A stretch of 64,000 bases of DNA, taken from Octopus sinensis. Its lineage: Eukaryota. Positions 28,479 through 41,914 of the stretch are shown here, piece after piece. Numbering within the stretch: position 1 is the first letter of the stretch; every line of letters begins with the position of its first letter. The translations under genes were made by a program, and so were the position numbers. The notes under the pieces are model-generated. The model had not been told where the DNA came from. It searched no databases and saw only the letters and a program-made list of their open reading frames with translations. The stretch lies in assembly GCF_006345805.1 (NCBI RefSeq), contig NC_043010.1:25730001-25794000 (forward strand), in the 5' to 3' direction.

Positions 28479-28480
<2 letters not shown>
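27948..28480 (-). mobile_element. About 530-bp 3' portion of a (TAA)n-tailed non-LTR element
   Basis: Minus strand ends ...gctcactcaataataataat; embedded in (TAT)n; common 3' end with 24776-24985 but a different 5' truncation. Confidence 0.6.
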
Positions 28481-28519
<39 letters not shown>

Positions 28520-28733
28520 AAGGTGGTGACCTGGCAGAATCGTTAGCACACTGGATGAAATGCTTAGCAGTATTTCACCCATTGTTACATTGTGAGTTCA
28601 AATTCCACCAAGGTCAACTTTGCCTTTCATCCTTTCAGTGTCGATAAATGAAGTACCAGTGAAACACTGAGGTCAATGTAATTGACTAGTCCCCTCCTCC
28701 TAAATTTCAGGCCTTGTGCCCATAGTAGAAAGG

Positions 28734-28766
<33 letters not shown>

Positions 28767-29994
28767 TATTATTATTATTATTATTATTATGTTTATTAGA
28801 AGCATCTAGCAAAATATAACTTAAGCTAGATATTTTTTAGTGATGGTGTCATCATCATTTTTATGTCCACTTTTCCATTCTTCCTTGGGTCAGATGGATT
28901 TCATTGCAGCAGATTTTCTGTCTTTGAGCAAGATAACATTTCCCCATCACTAGACATGTTAGCACTGAAGATTGGTAACAAACAACACCACTTGTATGGT
29001 GGTGATGCTCATTTACAACTATTCTGTGATGTCAAGTCAAGGAAACACAAACATGTGCATATACGCATGCGCACACACATGCACACATGCTCACTCACAC
29101 ATGCACACGTGCTTACACACACACACTCACACACATGCTACACACACATACCTGCACACACATATTCTCACACACACATACACACACACATGAGAGGTTT
29201 CTTTTAGGTTCTGTCTACCAAATTCATTCAAAAAGTTTCGCTCGGCCTGGGCCCTGGGGCTATAGCAGAAGACACTTGCCTAAGGAACCACACATTAAGA
29301 CCAACATTTTGCTGCATCCCTTACATTCCCAGTTCAAATACCACCCAAGTCCATTTTGTTGTCCATCCTTCCAAGGTCACAAAAATAAATGCTAAACCAT
29401 AAAATATTGGAGTCAGCCAATCAGGATGAGTAGTGTGCTCCAGCATGGCTATGAATCCAACGACTGAAACCACTTGAACAAAATATAAAGAATTATAGCT
29501 GAGTCAGCATTTGTAATGTATAGTGCCCCACCACCACCACCACCGCGTAGTTACTACATTCGTTTAACATATTGTGAGCATTCTCATTCTTACAATTGAC
29601 ATAGAAACCAACAATTTTAAGTAAATGAATATGTACCATGTATTGCTGAATAATAATAACAATGTCAATATATCTCCCACTGTATTTTTTAAAAAAAGGC
29701 CACTAAAAGAAAGCGAGCAAGTCTATTGATTTTCCATAACTAAACTGAAATATATGTGAAGTATTAAGCATGTTAATCATGTTTGTGAACTGCTTGAGAT
29801 TTTTGGAATAAAAGAAGCATATTTGTCACTCCCCATTTTTTTCTTTCTTTTCCATTTATTGAAGTCAGTTGGGGGTAGGAGGAAACAAAGTGAGTTTAAG
29901 AGTTTTTGTGATTATTAGACACATCTAGAGAATAAGGAAAATTAATCAGGCTACATTTTGTTTTAATTAACACTCAAGTAGGCTGAAGGACACA

Positions 29995-30270
29995 GCTGTA
30001 GCCTAAGGCCTTGCGTAAAGATGGGGGGGGGGTCATGACATCATTCTCACGGGAGACATCCAAAGACAACGACAGTTTTATGGAACTTGGTTTCCATGAT
30101 GTCCATTCCACATCTTAGAACCTTTACATTGTTCTCAGAGCATTGAGCAGCAATCATGATACCAGCATTTTGATACCTGCAAATCATCATGATACAGGTA
30201 ACTTTTTCCCAATATTTAGACGGTTTCCAACCCTTCATGTCAGCTAACTTTTTCTCAACTGCAAATTTAA
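29995..30270 (-). pseudogene. Deleted and frameshifted Tc1/mariner-superfamily transposase remnant
   Basis: Minus strand MKGWKPSKYWEK..IMMI...IMIAAQCSEN fused to METKFHKTVVVFGC..ENDVMTPPIFTQGLRL, resembling the 'TKxPxxVMVxGxVSxEGDVMPP' transposase motif. Confidence 0.55.
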
Positions 30271-30369
30271 TCTTTATGCTCTCCAATGTCATGGATTGTT
30301 CACCAATGCATCAAGCTGAAAAAGGAGGCAGAAAAAGAATAATCAAATTTAGCCTGAACATGTATGTGT

Positions 30370-30400
<31 letters not shown>

Positions 30401-31110
30401 ACCACCAGGGATCATATGGACCCCAGTTGAGAACCACAGCTCTCAAGCTTCCCTTCAACCCTTGACTCTTTATCACTGTTGTCAGACTAGCCAAAGGTGC
30501 TCCTACATATACTCTCAACCTATTAGAAATAACAGTCAAGTCTTTCTCAAGTTACATGCTCTTATCTTAAAAAGGAAGGATACATCGGATAATACTGGAG
30601 AAAAATGGTGAGAGTTTATGGTTGAGATCTGATTGGATGAAGGCTGATGTGGGCCTTAAACATTAACACAGCTCTAATGCAATAGTACCTTTTAGCAAAG
30701 CCATTTTATTGGAAACATTAGATTTGTTTATGATAAAACAGAATACAATATTTGCCTCAGTTTTTCTACTTGTAAGTAAGTCCCCATCTTATAATGTAGC
30801 TGACAGAGTAATATTAGGGAGAAGGTTGTAAAGTTGGAAATTGTGAGGGGCATCAAATGAGCCATTACAAGAGTCTCTACACAGCCACATTATCTGCTAG
30901 ACATAACAGTCAAATTTTCCTCAAAAATAATAACCCTTTTTTATTTTGGCACAAGGTCAGCAATTTTGAAGCACAGGGAAGTTGATTAAATCACCACCCC
31001 CAGTGCTCAACTAATGCTCATTTTAGTTGAGTAGAGTCTGAACTCAGAACGCAAAGACTAATGGAATGCTACTAAGCATTTTGTCCAGCATGCTAACAAA
31101 TAATAATGGG

Positions 31111-31469
31111 ACAAGAGCACTCAGAGAGCGCAAACCTCCACCATGGCAACACCAACATCCTTTCAACGATTAGCTGGAGATGATTTTTATAATGAAATTA
31201 TCTGAAATGAACTCAATGCTCTCACTAATGAGAATACTAAAAATGAAACCGACCGCTCTAAAAAAATTAAGTAAAACAATAGGAAAAATAATCCAGAATC
31301 CTTGGATTGATCCCAAAATCTGATCAGTTTGTGCCAGTCATGAAGCCAAACATCCCTGAAAGTTTCATCCAAATCCATCCAGCAGGTCTTGAGAGTTCTT
31401 GTCCATGGACAAACAAACAAACAAACACAACTGAAAACAATACCTCCACTTTCGCTAAGGCAGAGGTAA
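31111..31469 (+). mobile_element. Non-autonomous Helentron/Helitron2-like element
   Basis: Begins ACAAGAG and ends in a hairpin TACCTC-...-GAGGTA (31441-31468) after (AAAC)n; sits between two minus-strand family B SINE pieces. Confidence 0.45.
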
Positions 31470-33770
31470 TAATCCTTTCTACTATAGGCACAAGGCCTGA
31501 AATTTTGAAGGAGGGGACTAGTCGATTACATCAACCCCAGTGTTTCAAAAGGATGTAAGGTAAAGTTAACTCGAGCTGAATTTGAACTTAGAATGTAGCG
31601 GCAGACGAAATACCATTAAACATTTCACTCAGTGCACTAACGACTCTGTCAGTTCATCGCCTTAATGATAATAGTAATAATACACTTCCCAACCATATGG
31701 TTCTGACTTTCAGCCCACTGCAGGCCAACTAAAGCTTCATGAGTGGATTTGGTAGACAGGAACCAAATGAAATTTGTGTTGTGTGTGTGTGCGCGCATGT
31801 CTCCTTATCTTGATATTATGTGAGTTGTAAATGAGTGTCACTGTCATATAAGCGGTGCCATCATTTCCAGTTTTTAAGAAAACATATTTTAGCTATGGGG
31901 CAATATTACCTTGTTTGGAAGGTTTGCTACAGTAAGGGCATCTGACCATTAAAAAGAAATCTACCTCATCAAATACCATCTGACCCATGCAAGCAGGAAA
32001 AGCAGACAAGAAGAAGAAGAAAAAAATATGATTATGATGAGTCTGAGGAGGGGGGATGAATGGATAATGTTGTCTTAGATACAGTGTAGCTGCAAAAATG
32101 ATGGTGGTGGTCACAAGTGGAATGTCTTCAATCCAATATATTCTTCATCAGTCCAACCTGAAGCTAATCAACACCATGATCACCAATAGCAACATCATCC
32201 ATACAAAGTGGGCAGGGAAAATACATTTAAAAGCCGTTGATTTTTTTGTCAGGTTGTTTTATTTGTTTGTTTGTTTTTTCCTGTTCTATCAAACACAAAA
32301 GCAAAAAAAAAACTATAAAAAAAATTACATATTTAAACTTTCTATGTTGTACTGAAAATTCTGTGGGAAAAATATTGAAAAACGTTATACCCTCGAGTCA
32401 TTTTGTTGATATGTATTTAGATTTTTACAGCCATCTAGTTAGAAGGGAAAAAAATTCTAAATTCTCTTTTCAAAACTGTTGCATTTTTGTTTTGTTTTAT
32501 CTAATTTATTTTTCTTTCAATTTAAAAAAAAAAAATTGTTAATTACTTTTAATATCCACTTGATGTTAGCATTAACTCAATAATTACTACAACTGCATAT
32601 TTTGTGTGCATTGTAAGACATTTGTTTTCTATTTATTAAAGTCCAATTAATTTCAATTTTAAAAAAATAATAATAATAAATTAATATGAAAATATAATCT
32701 TTAATTTTCATTTTCCTTTTTAAATATGTGAAATTAAATTCTAAGTATTATTATTACTCAGCTATTGAATTAAACTAGCTGAGGCCTTGCTCTCTGATTT
32801 TGACAAGTTGGTTCGGTTTATTGTTTCACACATGGACACTGCTAAATATGGAAACTTCTCATGCTTCTTCATCTTTTGTGTCTCCCTTCTTTCTTCTCTC
32901 CATTCTTTTTTCCATTCCAAAGTGGGTCATTGACAAGATTATCACTTTGTAAAAGTCCTTGATTATGATCGTGATAATAATAGTGATGATGATGATGATG
33001 GTGGTGGCGGGAGTGTATTTATTGCCTCCCTCTTTTACTCTCTCAGCAATACCAACCCATCCATCCAGCCAGCCCAGCCCAGCTCTGCCATCACCGTCAC
33101 TCACTGCTGAAATCAAATTGGGTTGTTCCTACGGCAACAGAGAAGAAAGCTGAGAGAGGAAATATTTCTACTGCATTGACTCCTTGCCTCGGTGGATTCT
33201 TCCTGGAAACTTTCATGATGAGATCAATAACTTGCTGTTGCTTTAGTTCACACTTACACACGTACACACACGCGCGCATGCATACGCAGACACACACACA
33301 CACGCTATCACTGATGGTTTTTTCGTATACTTCCAAATTACTATAGCAATGTTGTTTGAGCATCTTTCTGTCATTTAAACTTGAGAAATCCTTTTTTGTT
33401 GTTTTATCAAATTTGATTTCGTTTTTTTTCTTTTTTGATCAAAGGGAGATAATTTCTCAAAACCAAATATTTAAATTTTTATGGAAGACTGTCGTCTTCC
33501 TAATTTTGTCCATTCCAAGCAGTCTATGTTTTTTATTTGTCTTTATTTTATTTTATTTATTTCGTTATATTTTTTAGGCACACTTTTAAACAGAAATAAA
33601 GTGTTATTTGTATTTTATTTTATGGTAAGAAGTTTACTTCCCAACCACATGGTTCCAGGTTCAGTCCCATTGCATGACGATACCTTGGGCAAGTGTCTTC
33701 CAGCCTTGTCAGTGTATTTAATAGACAGAAACTGAAAGAAGTCCATTGTATATATAAATATATGTGTATA

Positions 33771-33964
33771 TACCAGTCGCCATGATAGATCGTTAGCCAC
33801 TACACACATTTTTTTCTCTCCTTGTTTTTTTTTGTGTCCATTTTTGTAGAAGAGCATAGGCTCGAAACGTAAAATACGTTTTCTATTCCTGAGCATTATA
33901 CTAGTACATCTGTTTGTTTTGTACACCACCTGTCTTCGTCTTTTGTTTTTTCGTAAACTCTCCC
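33771..33964 (+). mobile_element. Penelope-like 3'/pLTR fragment in a TA tract with a hammerhead-like remnant
   Basis: 'TGTAGAA-GAGC-ATAG-GCTC-GAAA-CGTA-AAA-TACG-TT' (about 33845-33880) has stem II, GAAA and stem III, but the CUGANGA box is degenerate. Confidence 0.45.
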
Positions 33965-33995
33965 TATATCTATCTATCTATCTATCTATCTACTA

Positions 33996-34090
<95 letters not shown>

Positions 34091-34092
<2 letters not shown>

Positions 34093-34495
34093 CGCAGGAG
34101 TGGCTGTGTGGTAAGTAGCTTGCTTACCAACCACATGGTTCCGGGTTCAGTCCCACTGCGTGGCATCTTGGGCAAGTGTCTTCTACTATAGCCTTGGGCC
34201 AACCAAAGCCTTGTGAGTGGATTTGGTAGACGGAAACTGAAAGAAGCCTGTCGTATATATGTATGTATATATATGTGTGTGTGTGTATGTTTGTGTGTCT
34301 GTGTTTCTCCCCCTACCATTGCTTGACAACCGATGCTGGTGTGTTTACGTCCCCGTCACTTAGAGGTTCGACAAAAGAGACCGATAGAATAAGTACTAGG
34401 CTTACAAAGAATAAGTCCTGGGGTCGATTTGCTCGACTAAAGGCGGTGCTCCAGCATGGCCATAGTCAAATGACTGAAACAAGTAAAAGAGTAAA
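34091..34495 (+). mobile_element. Family A SINE, best-preserved copy
   Basis: Complete tRNA-like head, internal (TA)(TG) tract, 3' domain and 'gtaaaagagtaaaa' tail; retains CpGs lost in other copies. Confidence 0.85.
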
Positions 34496-34567
34496 AAAAA
34501 AAAAAAAGAGTATATATATATATATATATATATATACTCTTTTACTCTTTATATATATATATATATA

Positions 34568-36190
34568 CAGTTGCGGCCAAAATGTTCAGAACGGCATTGC
34601 TTTCGTCAGAAAAGTAGGTATAAGTTTTTATCAAAGTTGTTTTATATTCTATAATTTTCACAGACATTAAATACAATAATAATTGTTATTGTCTGAGCTT
34701 TTGGTGTAATTTGAGAGGATAATACAAAAGTTATGGATGATTTAGGGATTTACTGCAAAACCCATGGAGGCCAAAATGATCAGAACGGTTGAAAAAATAA
34801 CAAAATAATCAAAAATGACAGAGAGTACTGGAATTATTTGATATTTAGTGTGAAGCCCTTTAGCTTCAATCACACTCTGACATCTTCGACTGCATGAGGA
34901 AATTAAATTTTCAATTTCTTGCTGGGTGAGCTTATTCTATTCTTTCTGAAGGGCATTCCATAATTGCTCAGTTGTTTTAGGATTTCTGGCTTTCGAACGT
35001 TCTCCTAGAATATTCCACACATTTTCAATAGGATTCAGATCTGGGCTTTGAGCTGGCCAATCCATAACAATAACCTTTTCAGCCTTGAGAAAGTTCATGA
35101 CCACCTTAACCTTGTGACATGGGGCATTGTCCTGCATGAATATGGGTGGTCGCTTAGTTGAATTTCTCAGCACAAGCAAGACATGATCTTTTACAAGTTG
35201 TTTATAAACTCCTGCATTTAACTTTCCATGTAATTGCACCAAAGGGCCCACACCATCTCCTGATATCATTCCCCAAACCATGACACTTCCTCCACCGAAT
35301 TTAACACTAGTCTTAAGGCATTTAGGCAACAATTTTTCACCTACTTTTCTATGAACGTACCTTTTCCCATCTGAGCCAAATAGCATAAACTTAGATTCAT
35401 CACTGAAATGCACTGTTTGCCATTTTTCTTGAGACCACAACACATGTTCAGTTGCAAAGGTAAGACGACACTTTTTATTCTTGGAGCTGATCAGTGGCTT
35501 CACTGCAGGTGCTCTTGCTTGTAGGTCATGTTCAACTAAACGACGAGACACAGTTTTTCGAGATAAAGTTTTCTTCAATACAATGCTCATTTTCCGAGAA
35601 ACAGCAGCAGCAGTTTTAAATCTATCCTTTTTAACCAACTTTACCATAGCACGATCTCTCTTGGTTGTTTTTCTTGGCCTACCTTTAAACTTTCTTGCTT
35701 CACATGAACCACAATCATCGTAGACCTTAAGAATACCGTGTACAACACTTTTTGACTTGTTATCAATCTTTGCAATAGATCCAATACTTAAATTATCCTT
35801 CCTTCGAAGCTTAATAATCTGCTGACGAATTGGTAACGGAGTAAGTGGCATTATATTAACAAAGTACACTGCAAATATTCTTACTAATGTTTAGTAAACG
35901 AACCGTCACGTAAACAAATTCAAAACATTAGAGTTCGCTGGTTAAATATACTAAAACACGGAGTAAAAGCAACCGTTCTGATCATTTTAGCCGCCATGGG
36001 TTTTGCAGTAAATTACTAAATCATCCACAACTTTTGTATTATCCTCTCAAATTACACCAAAATCTCAGGCAATAACAAATAATATCGTATTTATTGTCTG
36101 CGAAAATTATAGAATATAAAACAACTTTGATAAAAATTATATCTACTTTTCTGATGAAAACAACGCCGTTCTAAACATTTTGGCTGCAAC
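34568..36190 (-). mobile_element. Tc1-family DNA transposon, IR/DR type, about 1.62 kb
   Basis: About 220-bp TIRs (34568-34791; 35970-36190), each with an inner and outer GGCCAAAATG(T/A)TCAGAACGG repeat; (TA)n on both sides. Confidence 0.95.
34840..35851 (-). pseudogene. Tc1 DD34E transposase with a late premature stop
   Basis: ATG at 35851; FSDESKF, QDNAPCH and WPAQSPDLNPIENVW (34 residues between D and E). TAG at 34937-34939 replaces an expected Trp; the frame continues NKLTQQEIENLISSCSRRCQSVIEAKGLHTKY. Confidence 0.92.
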
Positions 36191-36978
36191 ATATATATAT
36201 ATATATAAACTAACTTGGAAATGGATGTGTAGTGTTCAATCAAGTAATAATATAAATTTTATATATATATATATACCAAATAAAATTTGGGATTTATGGA
36301 GGGTCAAAGTTGGGAACAAAATCAGGACAGTGGAGACATGCAAGGAAATGTGTATATATATATATATATATACATACATATTCTGAGTACGTCTTTGTGT
36401 CTGTGTTTGTCCCCCATCACTGCTTGACAACCAGTGTTGGTGTGTTTACATTCAGCAAAGGCAACCGGTAGAATAAATAGCAATCTTTAAAAAATATTCA
36501 AGTATTGGGATCAATTCATTCAACTAAAAACTCTTCAATTCAGTGCCCCAGCATGGCCACAGTCTAATGACAAAAACAAGTGGAAGATAAAAGCTAAATG
36601 ATAAAGCTGTTCACTGCCCTACTACAGTTTGTTGTACATTTGTGGTTTCCTTAGATAATGGCTCTTTGGAAATAAGTTTCTATGACTCAGTTGGAAATAA
36701 TAGGGATTTTTGTTGTTGTTATTGTTGTTTTTTAATTAATTAATTTTTATTTGTTATGCAAATTAAGATACCTGTTAGTGATACGTTTGTTTTTATTTCG
36801 CTGTTGAATTTAAAGACATCTGAATGACAGTGTGTGTGTGTGGGGGGGGGGGGGGTACCATATATCTGACTCATCAGCTGTATCTTTTATTTAATTCAAG
36901 TTGCTAATCTCATTTCTGTATTGCTTTCACCATATTGTTTCAGAAACAAGTTTCTACAATGTAGCACTAATTCCTATA

Positions 36979-37038
<60 letters not shown>

Positions 37039-37181
37039 ATACACGCACGCACACACACACACACATATATGTGTGTGTATGTATATACATACATATATAT
37101 ATGTGTGTGTGTGTGCATATATATATATATATGTATATATATACATATATATATGTATGTATATATATATGTATGTATATA

Positions 37182-37266
<85 letters not shown>

Positions 37267-38513
37267 TAGTTTTAGTCATTAAACTGTGGCCATGCTTAAG
37301 CACTGTGTTTATGGGTTTAATTCATTATAAATAACCCCAGTATTTTGTCTGATGCTCTACCTATCCTGTCAACCAACTGATCCTCATATAACTTCACCTC
37401 CCCACACACACACAAGTCCATATGTGTGTGCACACACGCGTATGCATGTGTGTGTGTTACTAATAAAAGAATAAGATCTGTGAAATTAAATTTAATGTTA
37501 TTTCATTTAATACCATTATTATAATTTATTTTGTTTTTTGGAATAAAATATACATTTTTTTCCTATTTCTTATCTTAGGAGAACTGGCAAATAAAAAGAA
37601 TGTCTAAATTCCATTTAATTTCCGAAGAGCATCATTAATTACATCACTAATTGAATTCCATCTAGAATTTCTGTATAGATTTCCAGTTAGTTTCTCTGCC
37701 CCTTACAGAATTCTTCTAAGTTTTCTTCAACAAATTTATCTTTATCATCATCATTGTCATCATCATTTAATGTCCATATTCCATGCTGGTATGAGTTGAA
37801 CAGTTCAACAGAATCTGATGAGCCACAGAACTATGTGGAGTTCCAATATCCAGCTGTGCTGTGGTTTTTATGGTTCCTAACATCATTCACTTTACATCCA
37901 TGCGTTCCTCCATCCATCTCTCCATCCATCTTCTCTGCTCATTACTCCAGGGAGGAGTGTTTGGGATAGTATCTCCTACCCACCACCACCACCACAATGA
38001 TCTTTGTCTTGCAAGTTATTTGATAACCGTGCTAGTGTTGGTGCCACATAAAAAGCACCCAGTCCACTCTGTATAACGGTTGACATTAGGAAGGGCATCC
38101 ATCTGTAAAAAAAACAAAGTCAAACTAGACAGTGTAGCTTGGGGCTATCCTCTGACTTACCAGATCCTGTCAAAACCATCCAACCCATGCCAGCATGGAA
38201 GACAGATGGTGGTGGTGGTGGTGTGTATGTATGTAAAGGATACATTGGATATCATAGTCCTAGATACACTGCTACATATGAATAAAAAGACAGGAATGTC
38301 ATAGTTGGAACATGTTTAATCCATAGAGTTGTTCAATCAAGACTGACCTGAGATTAAACAGCAACAACAACAACAACTTGTGTGTTCCTAACTATTTATT
38401 GCTTTCTTTTACTTTTGAAAATATTAGGAATCTTCATGTTTTTCATTTTATCCTGTGTGTGTATATATCTATCCATCCATCCATACATACATACATACAT
38501 ACATACGTACATA

Positions 38514-38733
38514 TGAGGGAGGGGGGTTGAAAAGTTCTTGGCTTTAAGGTATTGCAAAAGGCCTGGTTGGAGGCCCAACCTTCCAAGTTCCTTTACAGGG
38601 CTTAGAAAAACTGAAGGACCACTGCAATAAGTGTGTAAATCTGAGAGGGGAATATGTTGAATAAAATCATAATTAATTGATCTTCTTGTATTTTATTTTA
38701 CCCAAAACCAGGAACTTTTCAGCACCCTACTTG
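38514..38733 (+). mobile_element. mariner-derived MITE (copy 1)
   Basis: TA-flanked TIRs (TGAGGG..GTTGAAAAGTTC / GAACTTTTCAGCACCC); carries a transposase C-terminus QGLEKLKDHCNKCVNLRGEYVE*. Confidence 0.8.
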
Positions 38734-38819
38734 TATGTATGTATATAATGTATGTACATACATATGTATATATTGTTTAAAACAATTCTCAATTTCTTTC
38801 ATTTCTTATTCTTTTACAG

Positions 38820-38888
38820 GTTTAGAAGCAGTTGCTTTGGAAATTGGTGGTCATGATCTTGTTTCAGAATTGCTGGAACCCTTTAATC
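38820..38888 (+). CDS. LCORL: Internal coding exon A (69 nt, phase 1-1) of an LCORL/E93/Mblk-1-like pipsqueak transcription factor: (G)LEAVALEIGGHDLVSELLEPFN
   Basis: Acceptor ttcttattcttttacAG|G and donor C|GTGAGT; open frame. The peptide aligns by eye with LCORL '[22 protein letters not shown]' and insect E93 'GLERVAEELMG' (recalled sequences). Confidence 0.75.
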
Positions 38889-40314
38889 GTGAGTATAATT
38901 CTTCTGTCATGTTTTTCTGTATTGATCAGGTTTCGGTATTTTATGCAATCACCTAACAGCATTTATATGGAAGAAAATAAAAAATTGGGATCTTTATTTC
39001 TTAATATTTTTATTTATATTTTTCTGAGTGTTGCCATCATACAAGCAGTTTCATACATTTCCAATCTTCTGTGAAAACATGTCTGGCCATGGGGGAATAT
39101 GATCTTAGTTGGAAATGAGTCAGGGTTGGTGACAGGAAGGGCATCCAACCATAAGAAATGAGCTTTGATAAACTCTTTCCGACCCATGGAAACATGGAAA
39201 AGTGAATGTTAAAATGACAATGACAACTGGGTTTAACAATTAAGTCCTAGAAAACCAAGACCATTTGGCACCACCTTCTCTCCTCTCCCATTTTCTCAAT
39301 ACAACAGTATCACCTAAACACCTTCTCCCAATTCAAAGAATAAGCCAGCTTAATTTCAAACAATGACTGCTAGCTAGGCAAGCAGAATATAAACCTCTTC
39401 AAACAGGCCTCTGTAGTCTTTGGAATGCTCACAAAAAATGAGTCCTTCAAAATAACCATTTCATTTCTGTACCATTGCAAGGATCTTGACTGATCCACCA
39501 GCAACAATGCCAATCCTTATTGTCTTACCTACCAAGCTGAGGCATAATTCACTGTTGGTGCTGCGAATGGTAACTGAGTGTAAAAGCTTGAATTGCTGTA
39601 GTTGCCAACATGCGAGTCAAATTTTTGCAGGCCAAAATTTGCAGCCCAAGAATGGTAGGTTGGCTTTTGCACCAAGACAACTTTTCAGAATCAAACATTC
39701 TGTGTAAAATGCCACAGGATTTTAGAAAGGTATGTTGGAAAATGTGTGGAAGCGTGTGGCTTAGTGACGATTCCTGGACCGGGTGACGCATTGCGTTCTT
39801 TAGCAAAACACTTCATTTTACGTTGCTCCAGTTCACTCAGCTGGCAAAAATGAGTAACGCTATGATGGACTGGCGTCCCGTCCAGCTGGGGAACACATAC
39901 GCCATAGAAACCGGGCCCATGAGCCTGGCTAGGCTTTAAAAGGACACATTTATTATTTTATTTTATGTTGGAAAATGTGGTACACAAGAAAATGTGTATT
40001 ACTATCAAAATGTCTAGGTCAGTTGTTTACGTAACAACAAACAACAGGTTTCAATGAAAAATGGTAAGAAAGCATTAAAAGCTTCTCTTCATTTACTCTT
40101 TTATTTATTTATTTCGGTTCCAGCCATTCAACTGCAACCATGATGAGGCAGTGTTTTCAGAAGTTTCGTCTATCACATCAGCCTCAGTACTTGTGTGTTC
40201 CTAACTATTTATTGTTTTCTTTTACTTTTGAAAATATTAGGAATCTTCATGTTTTTCATTTTATACCGTGTGTGTATATATCTATCCATACATACATACA
40301 TACATACATACATA

Positions 40315-40534
40315 TGAGGGGGGGGGGTTGAAAAGTTCTTGGCTTTAAGGTATTGCAAAAGGCCTGGCTGGAGGCCCAACCTTCCAAGTTCTTTTACAGT
40401 GCTTAGAAAAACTGAAGGACCACTGCAATAAGTGTGTAAATCTGAGAGGGGAATATGTTGAATAAAATCATAATTAATTGATCTTCTTGTATTTTATTTT
40501 ACCCAAAACCAGGAACTTTTCAGCACCCTACTTG
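40315..40534 (+). mobile_element. mariner-derived MITE (copy 2, inside a local duplication)
   Basis: Nearly identical to 38514-38733, including the flanks. Confidence 0.8.
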
Positions 40535-41155
40535 TATGTATGTATATATGTATGTACATACATATGTATGTACATACATATGTATATGTATGGTACTTAT
40601 TTCATCAATCTCTATTTATAAGTTACTGGACATTAGGGACACAAACACTGGTTTATATCAGTGTAAACAATCACAATCTCAGGAACAGTTTTACATCATT
40701 CAGCAGTTTCTCTCCAGTGCAGCATTTCAAGACTCTGTCATTCATGTATTCTTCCTTAATACATCTAGCAGAGCATGTTTGCCTTTTTTCTTTCCAGCTT
40801 CTGCTAATTCTTCATATTCAAGACTAACATTTTGCATTATGCAGCATCCCACTTTGTACTCAAGCATCTTACAAACCTGCACTCCTCTCTGACGAAGGAG
40901 CCCTTCTCTTTGTCACCACCAGAGGTAGTAGTTCCCTAAACATTTTTCACCCAATTCCTATTCTGGCAACAATGTCTCAGAACACCCACCTCCACCACTA
41001 ATTAGGTCACCTAGATACAACAGGAAACTATTATGACTACTTCTTGGGAGCCTTCAGGGCACTGGAATCTATTTCATGTGTACTCTCAGTGCTATGTGCA
41101 TATAACACTCACACACACACACAAATGTGAGTATGTATGTGTACACTGGGGAGAG

Positions 41156-41212
<57 letters not shown>

Positions 41213-41914
41213 TATATACATACACACACACACACATTCCCACATGCATGCACATACATACACACAGACATGCACAGCACTTTGGGCAAGTGTTTTATGG
41301 ATTTAGTACATGAACATTAAAAGAGGACCATTGTATGTATGTATATATAATGATGTATAATGAACTTATTGTATACAGTGCTCAGGTGCACTACAACTCA
41401 TCAGAAAAAGTAGCCAGAAGTGCATGTACAGTGCATAGAATATTGCACAGAAAGTGAACAGTGAATGTGTTGTTTAAAAAATGGAGGGAGCATCACGTGT
41501 GTGTGTGCGTGTTTACATCTGCAATTGCTTGTATAAAAGTGCAGTGGTTGATGTTGTCGTCAGTTTCTCCAGTCAGTGAATTGTATGGGCACCTTGTGTC
41601 TTTAAAGTCATAAGGATTAAGGGATCCCTTATCTGATAAACAGGTAAGGTTTAATGTCAGGAAAGGCATCCAGCTGTAAAACAATGCTTCAAATAATATA
41701 TTCTTCCAGTCCATGCAAGGATGGAAAATTTTCATCAGCATTGTAGGTGCAGGCATGGCTGTGTAGTAAGAAGCTTCCTTCCCAACCACATGGTTCCAGG
41801 TTCAGTCCCACTGCTTGGCACCATGGACAAATATCTTCTACTATACCCTTGGGTCGACCAAAGACTTGTGAGTGAATTTGGTAGATGAAAACTGAAAGGA
41901 GCCTGTCGTGTGTG

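Noticed and set aside
33120-33175. RQQRRKLREEIFLLH, superficially like the LCORL/E93 exon-1 helix
   Set aside because: Ends in a stop, lacks the conserved Cys and Trp, and has no phase-1 donor.
34091-34165. tRNA genes at SINE heads
   Set aside because: A/B-box-like heads are fused to SINE bodies and do not give a convincing cloverleaf; no bona fide tRNA called.
41385-41410. CTGATGA on the minus strand near 41400 (other CTGATGA hits at about 36151 and 37815 on +)
   Set aside because: No downstream GAAA and stems in hammerhead geometry.
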